NCBI GenBank assembly: GCA_964453605.1
Contig: CAYVOI010000001.1
Location: 804,095 to 868,094, forward strand
Length of the DNA stretch: 64,000 bases
Source of the DNA: an uncultured Gammaproteobacteria bacterium
GTDB taxonomy: Bacteria > Patescibacteriota > Patescibacteriia > Veblenbacterales > UBA10138
Reading direction: 5' to 3'
Below, in pieces: positions 37,997 to 48,513 of this stretch. Under the pieces are notes generated by a model, which saw only the letters and a list, made by a program, of their open reading frames with translations, made no database searches and had not been told where the DNA came from. Positions within the stretch are counted from its first letter, which is position 1, and each line of letters opens with the position of its first letter. A program made the position numbers and the translations under genes.

Positions 37997-38524
37997 ATGA
38001 AGCTCATTGTAGGGTTAGGTAACCCTGGGTCAAAGTACGACTCGACCCGTCACAACCTTGGGTTTATGGTGGTGGACAAATTAATATCAGAGCAGCGGGG
38101 TCTCATGGGTAAACTTATCTCCGTAGAAACTCCGCTAAAACTTATACTAGGGAAAGAAGAGGTGCTATTCCTCAAACCGAAAACCTTTATGAACGAATCG
38201 GGCGCTAGTGTGGCTCAGACGATTAATTTCTATAAAGTTAACCCAACTGACCTGTGGGTGGTACACGACGACCTTGACCTACCGTTCGGTACAGTACGCG
38301 TTTCGTTTAATTCATCTTCTGCTGGGCACCGCGGCGTGGAGAGTATCATTGAGCGCTTAGGCACCAAAGAGTTCCACCGCCTGCGCCTAGGTGTAGGCCG
38401 CCCACCAGAACCTATTCCCGCTGAAGCGTTTGTGCTGCAACCGTTTAGTGCCGAGGAGCAGAAAGCCCTACCTGAAATACTTTCCCAAGCAGTTGCAACA
38501 CTCAAAACGACATTCTCAACCTAA
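37997..38524 (+). CDS. pth: Peptidyl-tRNA hydrolase.
   Basis: MKLIVGLGNPGSKYDSTRHNLGF with the catalytic His in TRHN. Classic pth-mfd order. Confidence 0.95.
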   Translation: MKLIVGLGNPGSKYDSTRHNLGFMVVDKLISEQRGLMGKLISVETPLKLILGKEEVLFLKPKTFMNESGASVAQTINFYKVNPTDLWVVHDDLDLPFGTVRVSFNSSSAGHRGVESIIERLGTKEFHRLRLGVGRPPEPIPAEAFVLQPFSAEEQKALPEILSQAVATLKTTFST

Positions 38525-38710
38525 AACAAAAACGCCCCCTAGGGGGCGGACTCTGTGCTTAAGCCTACTTACCAGCGCCTTTGTTTACCGGTAAACCGGC
38601 ACAACGTCGGGCTTTGCAGATTACTCTCGTTAAGGAGGGGTCACAAGAGAACCACTGGCACGTAGGCTCAAACACAGAGTTGTAACCTTATTTCTGTTGA
38701 GTTTTTAAAC

Positions 38711-41700
38711 GTGAGTACGCACATCTTAGCAGCAGAGCCTGGTCTTGTCAAGGCTAAACCCCTAAAGACAGCGGGGGGCCTCGGTGACTACCTCAAGCCA
38801 AGTAAGCTCGCTGCTACCCTTACCTCCAACTTGAGCGCGCAAGCGTTCCTCATCTCTAAGCTCCCTGCCGAGGCCTTCAAGGCCGGGGTGGTGTGGTTTG
38901 TACCCTCGACCCGTGAATTAGCACGCGTCCACACGCTGCTCCGGTTTTTTCTAACATCAAGCAACAGCGTTAGCACCTATACCTTCCCCGAAGACTTCAC
39001 GCCGTGGGTGGTGGCAGGTAGTGAACATAAGCCACGGCTACTCTTGGTGGTGCCCGACCACCTGGACCTAGCGCTGCCGCGGGCAATTACTATCAAACAA
39101 CACAGCAGCACACTTACGGTGGGTGAAGAGTGTACTCCCATGCAGCTACTTAGGCAGCTCGAGGCCGCTGGCTACCAACCTGGGCCGCTGCCTGACAGCA
39201 CGGGGTGGTTTATAAAACAGGGCGGCATGGTGGTGGTGGCGAGTGTAGTTGGGGCTTGGCGCCTAACGTGGAATGGCAACTCGCTTGAGGAAGCTGTACC
39301 TTTAAACCTCGTAAGTAACTTAGCTGGAGCACCACTCCAAGACCTCACCATTCCACCCCACAAGCTAGAACCTGATCCCAAGAGTACCTTGAAGCACTTC
39401 CTCACCCCTGAGCAAACCCTGGTCGCGCTGCCACCTGCGACCAAGGTTACCAGCCACCGGTCGTTCCCCGTTGACCTCATGAGGCCGAGTAAACTCTTTG
39501 GTAGCGTGCCGCTGTTTGGCCGGCAGTGGCTTGAGCTCAAGGGCTACCTCACTACCGAACGAGCCGGAGGGTACGGCCTAAGGGTGCTTACCAGTGAACC
39601 CGGGTTTGTACGAACAAACCTAGGCAGTGAGGTGCAAGGTCTTGAGCTCACCGACGTGCCTCAAGCAGTGGCAGCTGAGCTCGAAGGTTTTCGCGATACG
39701 TTGGGTAAAACCGTTTACCTCACTGACCGCGAACTGGGCTTAGTGGTGAGGCGCCGGCCACGGGCTTCTCTGGCGGCCTTTGAAAGGCTTACCCCTGGCG
39801 ACTACCTGGTGCACATTGACCACGGCATTGGTCGCTTTGCCGGCCTCACCCAGCAGGCTATCGACGGAGTGACCCGCGACTACTTCCAGGTCGCCTACGC
39901 TGATGAGGACAAGCTCTACGTTCCGATTGAACACACTGACCGGCTGTCGCGGTACCTCGGGAGCCCACACCCAAAAATCGAGCGGCTCCACAATGCGAGC
40001 TGGTTTCAGGTCACCAAAAAGGTAAAGCTCGAAACTGCGGCGGTTGCTAAAGAGCTGCTGGCACTCTATGCCAAGCGCCAGGTGGAGCGTGCCACACCCT
40101 GGGCCGGGCAACCAGAAGAAGCGGTGCTGGCAGGGAGCTTCCCCTGGCCCTTAACACCCGACCAACTTAAAGCGTGGGCGGAAATTTGTGCTGACCTCGA
40201 GCGCACCCTGCCCATGGACAGGCTCATCTGCGGCGATGTGGGCTTTGGTAAAACCGAACTGGCGGTGCGCACCGCCGCGCGTGCGGTCTTAAACGGCCAC
40301 CAGGTGGCACTCCTCGCCCCCACTACCATTCTGGCGCAGCAGCACTTCGACACCTTTTCCGAACGCCTCAAAACCATTGGCCTTAACGTCGGCCTTGTCT
40401 CACGCGCCCAAGACCCTAAAACCATACGCGCTACCCTAAAACAAGTGCAGGAGGGCAAGCTCAACGTAGTAGTAGGCACACATCGGCTCCTCGCGCGCGA
40501 TGTTCACTTCCACAACCTTGGACTCTTGATTGTAGATGAGGAACAACGCTTCGGTGTGAAGCAGAAAGAGGAGCTTAGGGCGCTAAAGCCTGCGCTCCAC
40601 GTGCTGTCACTGTCTGCCACCCCCATTCCCCGTACCTTAAACCTGGCGGTGTCGGCACTTCGGGACCTCTCTATTATTTCTACGCCGCCGACTGGCAGGC
40701 AACGGGTGGCTACCACCTTCTGCCCTGACGACCCGTCCACCATCAAACGCGCCGTGACATTTGAACTCGAACGCCAGGGCCAGGTCTACTACCTCGTGAA
40801 CCACGTGGCCGACCTCCCCGCGACTGAGGTACGCCTTAAAAAACTGTTGCCCAAGCTCAAGGTCGGCACCATCCACGGCCGCATGGCGCCAAAAGAAGTG
40901 GCCAAAACTATGCACGCCTTTGACCAGGGCGAGCTCGAGCTGCTACTCGCTACCACTATTATTGAAAACGGCATCGACCTGCCGAACGTGAACACCCTAA
41001 TTGTCGAGGGCGCCGAAAACTTTGGCCTGTCGGACCTGTACCAACTCAAGGGCAGGGTGGGACGAGGTGACACGAGGGCTTTTGCCTACTTCCTAGTTTC
41101 AGACAAGCACAGCGACGCGGCCGCTAAACGCCTCGAGGCACTTTCCCAAGCTGAAGACCTGGGCAGTGGCCTGACCGTGGCCCTGAAAGACCTAGAGCTC
41201 CGGGGGGCAGGCGCCATCTTAGGTAAAGAGCAGCACGGTCAAGTTTCAGCCGTGGGTTTACACCTCTACGGTCAGCTCTTGGCCCAAGCCGTGGAAGAAC
41301 TGCGCACAGGACTCCCTACACCAACTACTCCGGAGGTGCTGCTCCGTCTTCCCCTTGAGGGCAGAATTCATCCAAGTCTTATTCCTGAAGAGCAGGCGCG
41401 GATTCAGGTGTACCAGCGCCTGGCGCACGTGCACGAGCCCAGTGAGCTCAAACCATTGGCAGAAGAACTCATTGAACGGCCATTAGGCCAAGAACCAGAA
41501 GACCGCCTGCTTCTTAACCTGCTCACCCTACTCCAGCTCAAGCTCTACGCTGAGCGCGCGAGGCTTAGGGAAGTGTCTGCCCAAGTCGCAGGAGCCGAAG
41601 GACAGTTCACCTTACGCTTCTTAGAGGCGCCTAAGCCCGAAACCATTGAGCGCCTAACAGCGTTCGACGACCGCTGGCATCAAGTGGAAGGTAGCTGGCA

Positions 41701-41773
41701 AGCCAGCCACCCCTTAGCCGCCGGAGCGTGGATTCCTTGGCTTGAGGAGTGCCTCAAGCAGCTCGCGCGGTAG
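38711..41773 (+). CDS. mfd: Transcription-repair coupling factor Mfd (1020 aa, a somewhat short N-terminal region).
   Basis: RNAP-interaction/CarD-like block DYLVHIDHGIGRF. SF2 helicase motifs GDVGFGKTE, DEEQRFG, SATPIPRT, QLKGRVGR. TRG motif region. Confidence 0.9.
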   Translation: MSTHILAAEPGLVKAKPLKTAGGLGDYLKPSKLAATLTSNLSAQAFLISKLPAEAFKAGVVWFVPSTRELARVHTLLRFFLTSSNSVSTYTFPEDFTPWVVAGSEHKPRLLLVVPDHLDLALPRAITIKQHSSTLTVGEECTPMQLLRQLEAAGYQPGPLPDSTGWFIKQGGMVVVASVVGAWRLTWNGNSLEEAVPLNLVSNLAGAPLQDLTIPPHKLEPDPKSTLKHFLTPEQTLVALPPATKVTSHRSFPVDLMRPSKLFGSVPLFGRQWLELKGYLTTERAGGYGLRVLTSEPGFVRTNLGSEVQGLELTDVPQAVAAELEGFRDTLGKTVYLTDRELGLVVRRRPRASLAAFERLTPGDYLVHIDHGIGRFAGLTQQAIDGVTRDYFQVAYADEDKLYVPIEHTDRLSRYLGSPHPKIERLHNASWFQVTKKVKLETAAVAKELLALYAKRQVERATPWAGQPEEAVLAGSFPWPLTPDQLKAWAEICADLERTLPMDRLICGDVGFGKTELAVRTAARAVLNGHQVALLAPTTILAQQHFDTFSERLKTIGLNVGLVSRAQDPKTIRATLKQVQEGKLNVVVGTHRLLARDVHFHNLGLLIVDEEQRFGVKQKEELRALKPALHVLSLSATPIPRTLNLAVSALRDLSIISTPPTGRQRVATTFCPDDPSTIKRAVTFELERQGQVYYLVNHVADLPATEVRLKKLLPKLKVGTIHGRMAPKEVAKTMHAFDQGELELLLATTIIENGIDLPNVNTLIVEGAENFGLSDLYQLKGRVGRGDTRAFAYFLVSDKHSDAAAKRLEALSQAEDLGSGLTVALKDLELRGAGAILGKEQHGQVSAVGLHLYGQLLAQAVEELRTGLPTPTTPEVLLRLPLEGRIHPSLIPEEQARIQVYQRLAHVHEPSELKPLAEELIERPLGQEPEDRLLLNLLTLLQLKLYAERARLREVSAQVAGAEGQFTLRFLEAPKPETIERLTAFDDRWHQVEGSWQASHPLAAGAWIPWLEECLKQLAR

Positions 41774-42113
41774 GTGGTTGCTCAGCTTCCCGCTCCCCCG
41801 AAAACAGCTCAATCTGTTTGCCTGACCCAGGCTGCTTGGCAAATTTTTTATGCTGCTCAAGTAAACGCTCGTAAGCGGCGGCGAGACCTGGTGGCACGGG
41901 TAGCTGCTGCTTTTCGAATTCACGAATAGCATCTCGCAGGGGCTCCAACCGACTTTCTACTTCAGCTTTCTGTTCTTTGGCGCTCGCGGTATAGAACTCA
42001 GGCGAGCTTGCCGTATAAAACTCAGGTGGCGGTTCGTGTGGTACGCGATTATCCACCGGTTCAAGAAGTCCGGGGTCTGCTGCGTAGGGTTGCTCAAACG
42101 TTTCCTTGCTCAT
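41754..42113 (-). CDS. Hypothetical protein (119 aa), convergent with mfd and overlapping it by 20 nt.
   Basis: ORF only. Internal tandem duplication PEFYTAS-PEFYTAS. No recognisable family. Could be spurious. Confidence 0.3.
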   Translation of the reverse strand: MSKETFEQPYAADPGLLEPVDNRVPHEPPPEFYTASSPEFYTASAKEQKAEVESRLEPLRDAIREFEKQQLPVPPGLAAAYERLLEQHKKFAKQPGSGKQIELFSGEREAEQPPTARAA

Positions 42114-42177
42114 AGAGTAATATAAGCCGCGCTTGACTACATTATACTACTTGTTCTAAGAATACCCTAGCAGCACT

Positions 42178-43281
42178 ATGCCAAACAATGGTACAACCCG
42201 AGCCAGCCAAGCCGACCTTCCCTACTGGGTAGCGCTGGCGCGCTGTTTAAAACTCGGGCCAACGCGATTTGCTAGCCTGCGTGGCGCTTTTGCTACTATG
42301 GCAGAGGCTTGGGCAGCGCCAGCTACCACGCTCAAGCGAGCTGGACTAGACGAAAGCACTGTGCAAGCCCTGCGCGAGCACCGTGAAAAAACCAACGTTG
42401 ACGAAAGTATAGCTGAACTTGAACGCTTGGGGATAAACGCACTCACTATCGCAGACGAACGCTATCCCAAACTCTTAAGCCAAATTTTTGACCCACCCGC
42501 CGTACTCTTTTACCGTGGCAACTTAGAGGCACTCAAAAACAGTGCACTGGCAGTGGTCGGCACGCGCGTATGCACTGCCTACGGCCGCCGCGCTGCGCAC
42601 GAGCTCACCTTAGAGCTAGCACGAAGCGGCCTTGCCATTGTGTCAGGCTTAGCCTATGGCATAGACACCGAAGCTCACCGCGCCGCGCTCGAGGCGGGCG
42701 GCACAACCATTGCGGTACTCGCTGGTGGTTTAGACGACATCTACCCAACGGCCAACCAGGGGCTGGCGCAGAACATAGTAGAGCACGCTGGATTGCTCCT
42801 TAGCGAGTATGCACCAGGCGTGGCCTCCCTGAAACAAAACTTTCCCTACCGTAACCGCATTATTGCCGGGCTCACGCGCGGTACGTTGGTAGTGGAGGGT
42901 GCGCCTGACTCTGGCTCGCTCATTACTGCCAAGCACGCGCTGGAAGCAAACCGCGAGGTGTTTGCGGTGCCTGGGAGTGTGTTCTCCGAGCAGTCAGCCG
43001 GCACTAACGCGCTCCTCAAACTGGGCGCCCACCTGGTTACAAGCGCGCAAGATATTCTGAACGTTTTTGGGCTCGAAGCCACAGTAAAAACAAAACTCCC
43101 CGCCCCAACCGCTGAGCAAGAAGTGTTCCTTAAGCACCTCTCGCACGAACCCATACACATCGACGAGCTGGTGCGGAAGCTTGGCAGGCAGGCCGCCCAA
43201 GTTATGGCCGACATCACCCTGCTCGAAGTGGCAGGATACGTTAAAGACGTTGGCGGACAGAAGTATGTACGTGTTGGCTAA
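42178..43281 (+). CDS. dprA: DNA processing protein DprA/Smf.
   Basis: Rossmann-like DprA core LAVVGTRVCTAYGRRAAHELTLELARSGLAIVSGLAYGIDTEAHRAALEAGGTTIAVLAGGLDDIYP. Confidence 0.9.
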   Translation: MPNNGTTRASQADLPYWVALARCLKLGPTRFASLRGAFATMAEAWAAPATTLKRAGLDESTVQALREHREKTNVDESIAELERLGINALTIADERYPKLLSQIFDPPAVLFYRGNLEALKNSALAVVGTRVCTAYGRRAAHELTLELARSGLAIVSGLAYGIDTEAHRAALEAGGTTIAVLAGGLDDIYPTANQGLAQNIVEHAGLLLSEYAPGVASLKQNFPYRNRIIAGLTRGTLVVEGAPDSGSLITAKHALEANREVFAVPGSVFSEQSAGTNALLKLGAHLVTSAQDILNVFGLEATVKTKLPAPTAEQEVFLKHLSHEPIHIDELVRKLGRQAAQVMADITLLEVAGYVKDVGGQKYVRVG

Positions 43282-43451
43282 ACCCCGCACCACTTCAGCT
43301 AACGGTATGCAAGGAAATAAGAATGATGAGTTTACAGTCGGGAGCCGAAAAATTGTCCCCTGATGGTAGAAGTGGTGCGGGGTACATTTGCCAAACTTCT
43401 TGTGGTTATGCTATAACCAACACTGTTTAGTTCAAACGAAATCTTGTACTA

Positions 43452-45674
43452 ATGCCAAAACATAACCTTGTTATTGTAGAGTCCCCCACCAAAGCCAAAA
43501 CCATTGGCCGGTTTTTGGGTTCTGATTTCCAAGTAACCTCGTCCTACGGTCACGTCAGAGACCTGCCTAAATCAAAGCTCGGGGTAGATGTCGACAAAGA
43601 CTTCGCCCCAACCTACGTAGTGCCAGTAAAAGCCAAAAAGGTAGTGGCTGAGCTCAAAGCTGCCGCCAAAAAAGCGCAAACCATTTACCTCGCCACTGAT
43701 GAGGACCGCGAAGGCGAGGCTATTTCCTGGCACCTGGTAGAGCTCTTGGAACCCGCGCCGGACAAAGTGAAGCGCATTACCTTCCATGAAATTACGGAAA
43801 GCGCCATTACCGAGGCGCTCCAAAACCCCCGGGCACTTGACCACCACCTCGTAGACGCGCAGCAAGCCCGGCGCGTGCTGGACCGGCTAGTGGGCTACGA
43901 GCTTTCTCCCTTCCTCTGGAAAAAGGTGGCTAAGGGCCTTTCAGCCGGACGTGTGCAGTCGGTGGCAGTCAGGCTCATTGTGGAGCGTGAGCGCGAAATT
44001 CAAAAGTTCCAGGCGCAAGAGTACTGGACTATCGCTGGGTTATTTAGCAAAGGCAGCGACGAGTTTTCAGCTGAGCTAGTAAAACGTGGGGGGGAAACGC
44101 TCGACAAGTTTGCGCTTGGCAGCGAAGCGCAAGCTACAGCTACAGTTGAGGAGCTGAAGAAGGTAGCGGCCTGGGCCATTTCTAAACTCGAGACCAAAGA
44201 GGTTAAGCGCTCGCCCTCCGCCCCCCACACCACCTCCACCCTGCAGCAAGATGCCAACCGTTCTCTAGGGTTCTCCGCCAAGCAAACCATGACGCTGGCG
44301 CAGCGCCTGTACGAAGGTATGGAGCTGTCGGAAGGCTCGGTCGGTCTTATTACCTACATGCGTACCGACTCCACCAACCTAGCCGACAAGTTCCTCCAAG
44401 AAGCACAAAGCTATATTAAGGAAGAGTTAGGAGAGTCTTATGCCGTTGGCCCGCGCCGCTTTGCCACCAAGAGCAAAAACGCGCAAGAAGCGCACGAGGC
44501 CATACGCCCAACCGACGTACGCCGGCACCCTGACAGTTTAAAAACTATTCTACCATCAGGCGAGTGGCGGCTCTACAACCTTATCTGGCGCCGGGCCGTG
44601 GCGAGTCAGCTGCCAGAAGCCCGCTTTGCCTCTACTACACTCGAGGTAAGTGGCGAAGGTGAAACAGCCACCTTCCGCGCCAACGGCTCCAGGCTCACCT
44701 TTGATGGGTTCCTCAAGGTGCTACAAGAGAAACGCGAAGACCAGGTCTTGCCTGAGCTTACCCAAGGTGACGCTGTGGAGCTTAAAACCTTAACGCCTGA
44801 CCAGCACTTTACCGAACCTCCAGCTCGCTATTCCGAAGCCACACTAGTGAAGGAGCTCGAGAGCTATGGCATTGGTAGGCCCTCAACCTACGCCCCTACC
44901 ATTAGCACTATTATTGACCGTGGCTACGTAGAGCGGCTGGAGCGCCGCCTAAAACCTACCGACCTGGCCATGGTGGTCAACGACCTGCTGGTGGAGCACT
45001 TCCCAGAAATTGTCGACTACGAGTTCACCGCCAAAATGGAAGGCGAACTCGACGATATTGCCGAGGGCAAGGGTGAGTGGGTCCCAATCATACGAGCCTT
45101 CTACCAACCGTTCAAAGGCCACCTCACCGCCAAGTACGAAGAGGTGAACAAGAAAGACGTTACGGAAACAGCTACTGACCAGGTGTGTGAAAAGTGCGGC
45201 AGCCCCATGGTCATAAAAATTGGCCGCTTTGGGAAGTTTATGGCCTGCTCCAACTACCCCACCTGCAAGAACACCAAGAACCTCACTGCGACCGGAGAAG
45301 TGGAAGCTCCCGAAACCACAGACGAAAAATGCCCCGAGTGCCAGAGCCCCATGGTGGTAAAGCGTGGACGCTTTGGTAAATTCTTGGCCTGCTCCAGGTA
45401 CCCTGAGTGTAAGGGGGTAAAAAAGATTGTGAAGTCTACTGGGGTAAAGTGCCCCGAGTGTAAAGAGGGCGATATTGTAGAGAAGCGCAGTAAGCGCGGC
45501 CGCAATTTCTACTCCTGCTCACGTTATCCTGACTGCAAGTTTGCCCTCTGGAGCAAGCCCACCGGCGAGACTTGCCCCAAATGCCAATCACTTTTGGTCT
45601 ACGGTAAAAAAGGTACGGTGGTCTGTTCCAGTAAAACCTGCGACTTTAGTAAAGAGATAGTGACTAACGAGTAG
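43452..45674 (+). CDS. topA: DNA topoisomerase I with C-terminal C4 zinc ribbons.
   Basis: Toprim start LVIVESPTKAKTI. Active-site Tyr region. Four CxxC...CxxC ribbons in the C-terminus (CEKCGSPM..CSNYPTC, CPECQSPM..CSRYPEC, CPECKEG..CSRYPDC, CPKCQS..). Confidence 0.95.
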   Translation: MPKHNLVIVESPTKAKTIGRFLGSDFQVTSSYGHVRDLPKSKLGVDVDKDFAPTYVVPVKAKKVVAELKAAAKKAQTIYLATDEDREGEAISWHLVELLEPAPDKVKRITFHEITESAITEALQNPRALDHHLVDAQQARRVLDRLVGYELSPFLWKKVAKGLSAGRVQSVAVRLIVEREREIQKFQAQEYWTIAGLFSKGSDEFSAELVKRGGETLDKFALGSEAQATATVEELKKVAAWAISKLETKEVKRSPSAPHTTSTLQQDANRSLGFSAKQTMTLAQRLYEGMELSEGSVGLITYMRTDSTNLADKFLQEAQSYIKEELGESYAVGPRRFATKSKNAQEAHEAIRPTDVRRHPDSLKTILPSGEWRLYNLIWRRAVASQLPEARFASTTLEVSGEGETATFRANGSRLTFDGFLKVLQEKREDQVLPELTQGDAVELKTLTPDQHFTEPPARYSEATLVKELESYGIGRPSTYAPTISTIIDRGYVERLERRLKPTDLAMVVNDLLVEHFPEIVDYEFTAKMEGELDDIAEGKGEWVPIIRAFYQPFKGHLTAKYEEVNKKDVTETATDQVCEKCGSPMVIKIGRFGKFMACSNYPTCKNTKNLTATGEVEAPETTDEKCPECQSPMVVKRGRFGKFLACSRYPECKGVKKIVKSTGVKCPECKEGDIVEKRSKRGRNFYSCSRYPDCKFALWSKPTGETCPKCQSLLVYGKKGTVVCSSKTCDFSKEIVTNE

Positions 45675-45828
45675 GCAGGTCGTTTCAAGAGCCCCGCCGT
45701 GAGGCGGGCTGGCTTTATGCACAGCGCGCAATTGACAGCCAGAACTAGAGGGTGTTACGTAAGAGAAAAGACCTTGGGGCAGCAACCGAAACACACAACC
45801 ACCAGCAACTTTATAAAGGAACGACACT

Positions 45829-46026
45829 ATGACAAACGCCGAGATTTTTGAGGCCGAGATACAACAAGAAATTCGTAAAAAGCGAATTCGCTATGTCACC
45901 TTCGGGATTATCGTTGTAATCATCGTGGTCGTACTGGGCTTACTCACCTACCAAAAAACACAGCACAAAAAGAAAGCTTCATACCTCAAGCCCCAGCGCG
46001 ACACTGCGAGCCTCTACCTCTCATAG
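45829..46026 (+). CDS. Small single-TM protein (65 aa), hypothetical.
   Basis: ORF with hydrophobic core VTFGIIVVIIVVVLGLLTY. Followed 25 nt later by a strong intrinsic terminator. Confidence 0.35.
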   Translation: MTNAEIFEAEIQQEIRKKRIRYVTFGIIVVIIVVVLGLLTYQKTQHKKKASYLKPQRDTASLYLS

Positions 46027-46054
46027 GGGCAAACGAATTTGCAAATCTATCGGA

Positions 46055-46084
46055 GCGAGGAATACACATTCCTCGCTTTTTGTT
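46055..46084 (+). terminator. Rho-independent terminator (7-bp GC-rich stem, 8-nt loop, T-run).
   Basis: gcgagga-atacacat-tcctcgc-tttttgtt, read directly. Confidence 0.6.
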
Positions 46085-46454
46085 CGTGGAACAAAATGTT
46101 TCGTGCCACTTTAAGCCTAAAGTTAGCCAAAACCGCAGGACTACTGTTCCACAACCCTTGACAAATAGGGGGGTTGGGAGTATGTTTAATAGTTCTTTAA
46201 CAATAGCTGCTTCGTCAGCCACCCCGACGGTCATCGGGGTGAGCGCGGAGCGCTCAACAGTCGTACTTCATTCCCACTACCCTGGGGAGGGAGGAGAGTG
46301 CTAAGCAGTAGCAGTTGTTCCGGTGCAAACTGGTACCTGCCACGGGTCTTAGTACTTGGTACGTTCGGGCTTAGGCCCTAAAGTGTACCGTCTCCTGCTC
46401 AGGTTTGTGGGAATGAAAATAACTAATGTTAAACAAAAAGCAAAGGGTACTACC

Positions 46455-46820
46455 ATGAATATCGTAGATAAAATATTGCTCGTTGCCCAAGACCTCAAAA
46501 GTGTAACAAATTGCAACATCAAGGATCTGGAAGCAATCCACAGCCGTGTTATTAGCCTGATTCCCGAGGCTGCCAGAGCCTACGCCTCAGAAGAGGCCGC
46601 CATAAGGGAGTGGGCGTCGGAGTGGATCGTCTATAAGTTAGTTACAGCTGCGACCGACCTCCAAAGTGCTAAGCGGCACCAAGAAGGCCGTACACATATC
46701 GACGGCAACGCTCAGTGGAAGGTAGACTCGGCTCATGACAACTTGTTGCGAGCAATGGCTGCGGCCACACAATTGGAATCGCCATCTATCAAAAACATGG
46801 CGAAACTAATCCTCAACTAA
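46455..46820 (+). CDS. Hypothetical protein (~121 aa from MNIVDKILL; the track ORF starts at 46356).
   Basis: ORF of moderately lower GC. No family recognised. A TTGACA-N17-TATGTT promoter-like element sits at about 46159-46190 and a ~150-nt leader contains the hairpin ccccga-cggtca-tcgggg. Confidence 0.4.
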   Translation: MNIVDKILLVAQDLKSVTNCNIKDLEAIHSRVISLIPEAARAYASEEAAIREWASEWIVYKLVTAATDLQSAKRHQEGRTHIDGNAQWKVDSAHDNLLRAMAAATQLESPSIKNMAKLILN

Positions 46821-47023
46821 CAAGGCACCACGCCGCAAGTGGAAAAAGATACGAGTCTGGTGCTGGCTCGGAATCCAGAATCTCAATCTAATCGTCGAGG
46901 AACCCAAGTTCCAAGTCACCCCAGGTGTCAGTGTCAAAACGAAAAGCCCCATCTATAATCGATGAGGGCTTTTTCTGTTCCTTGAAAATATTCCCTCATT
47001 ATGCTAGGGTGAAGCGTAACCTT

Positions 47024-48505
47024 ATGGCTACTATTGAAGGCATAAAAGCCTTGGTGCTAAAGAATAATCCCGCGGCTGACGTCAGCGTGCTGGACCGCGC
47101 CTTTGCGTTCGCGGCTAAAGCGCACACTGGGCAGAAACGCCTCGACGGCACAAACTACATTCAGCACGCGCTGGAGACCACCTACACCTTGGCGCACATG
47201 AACCTGGACCTAGCCACCATAACCGCCGGGCTACTCCACGATGTACCCGAGGACACCAGCGTAACGTTGGAGGAAATTGAGCAGGAGTTTGGCGCCGAGG
47301 TGGCGAAGCTCGTCCGCGGTATAACCAAGCTTGGGAAACTGAAGTACCGCGGGCTAGAGCGCTACGCTGAGAACTTGCGCAAAATGTTCGTGGCCATGGC
47401 CGAGGACGTCCGGGTGATTTTGATCAAACTTGCCGACCGGCTCCACAACCTCAGCACTTTGGCCTCGCTCCCACCAGTCAAGCAACAGCGCATTGCCCGA
47501 GAAACTTTGGAAATCTACGCGCCTATAGCTAACCGCTTAGGCATGGGCGAACTCAAGGGTCGCTTAGAGGACATGGCCTTTCAGTACGTGTACCCCGAGG
47601 AGTACGCCTGGGTCGTCAAGAACGTTAAGGAACGTTTAGAAGAACAGTTAGCCTACGTTAACGCTATGACCGGGGAGCTGCAGAAATTCCTCACTGACAA
47701 TGGTGTGAAGGTGCTCTCTATCCATGGGCGGGCCAAGCACTACTACTCGCTCTACAAAAAGCTGCTACGTAAAGACATGGACCTTGCTAAGGTGTACGAC
47801 CTGGTGGCGCTGCGCGTGATTGTGCCCGACGTGGCGAGCTGTTACCAAGCTCTGGGGTTCATCCACCAAAAATTCAGACCACTGCCTGGGCGCATTAAAG
47901 ACTACATCGCCCAGCCCAAACCTAACGGCTACCGCAGCCTCCACACCACCGTGTTCGGCAACGACGGGCGTATTTTCGAGCTCCAAATTCGAGACCAACA
48001 GATGCACGACCACGCCGAGTACGGTATCGCGGCCCACTGGCACTACAAAGAGGGTGGCAAAAAGCCAGAGCTCAAGCTACCCCCCTCACAGCTCAAGTGG
48101 ATAACCGAGCTTCTCGAGTGGCAAAAGGATATTAAAGATAACGAACAGTACCTGCATGCCCTGAAGATCGACATTTTTCAGAACCGCATCTTTGTTTTTA
48201 CCCCAAAAGGTGACGTTATCGACCTGCCCGAGCACGCCACACCCGTGGACTTTGCCTACCACATTCACTCCGACATTGGCGACCGCTGTACCGGGTGTAA
48301 GGTGAACGAAAAAATAGCCACGCTCAATACCCAACTGGTAAGTGGCGACATGGTAGAAATTTTAACCGACAAAAATCGGCCCGGCCCCAGCGAAGACTGG
48401 CTGGAGTTCGTAAAAACGAACATGGCCAAGGCCCACATCAAAGCCTACCTCAAGCACAAGCGGGGTAAGCTGCTCTCGCTCTTCCGCAAGAAGAAGGGCG
48501 AGTAG
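47024..48505 (+). CDS. Short RelA/SpoT-homolog (p)ppGpp synthetase/hydrolase (HD, synthetase and TGS domains, with no long ACT/RRM tail).
   Basis: HD hydrolase block HTGQKRLDGTNYIQHALE...HDVPED. Synthetase block RVIVPDVASCYQALGFIHQKFRPLPGRIKDYIAQPKPNGYRSLHTTV. TGS-like C-terminus. The true start is probably ATGGCTACTATT at 47024; the track start at 46925 would run over a terminator-like hairpin. Confidence 0.88.
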   Translation: MATIEGIKALVLKNNPAADVSVLDRAFAFAAKAHTGQKRLDGTNYIQHALETTYTLAHMNLDLATITAGLLHDVPEDTSVTLEEIEQEFGAEVAKLVRGITKLGKLKYRGLERYAENLRKMFVAMAEDVRVILIKLADRLHNLSTLASLPPVKQQRIARETLEIYAPIANRLGMGELKGRLEDMAFQYVYPEEYAWVVKNVKERLEEQLAYVNAMTGELQKFLTDNGVKVLSIHGRAKHYYSLYKKLLRKDMDLAKVYDLVALRVIVPDVASCYQALGFIHQKFRPLPGRIKDYIAQPKPNGYRSLHTTVFGNDGRIFELQIRDQQMHDHAEYGIAAHWHYKEGGKKPELKLPPSQLKWITELLEWQKDIKDNEQYLHALKIDIFQNRIFVFTPKGDVIDLPEHATPVDFAYHIHSDIGDRCTGCKVNEKIATLNTQLVSGDMVEILTDKNRPGPSEDWLEFVKTNMAKAHIKAYLKHKRGKLLSLFRKKKGE

Positions 48506-48513
48506 AAGTTTTC

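Noticed and set aside
46925-47023. N-terminal extension of the relA/spoT ORF.
   Set aside because: The upstream extension spans a terminator-like hairpin and lacks Rel homology. A conserved-looking MATIEGIKAL start lies at 47024.
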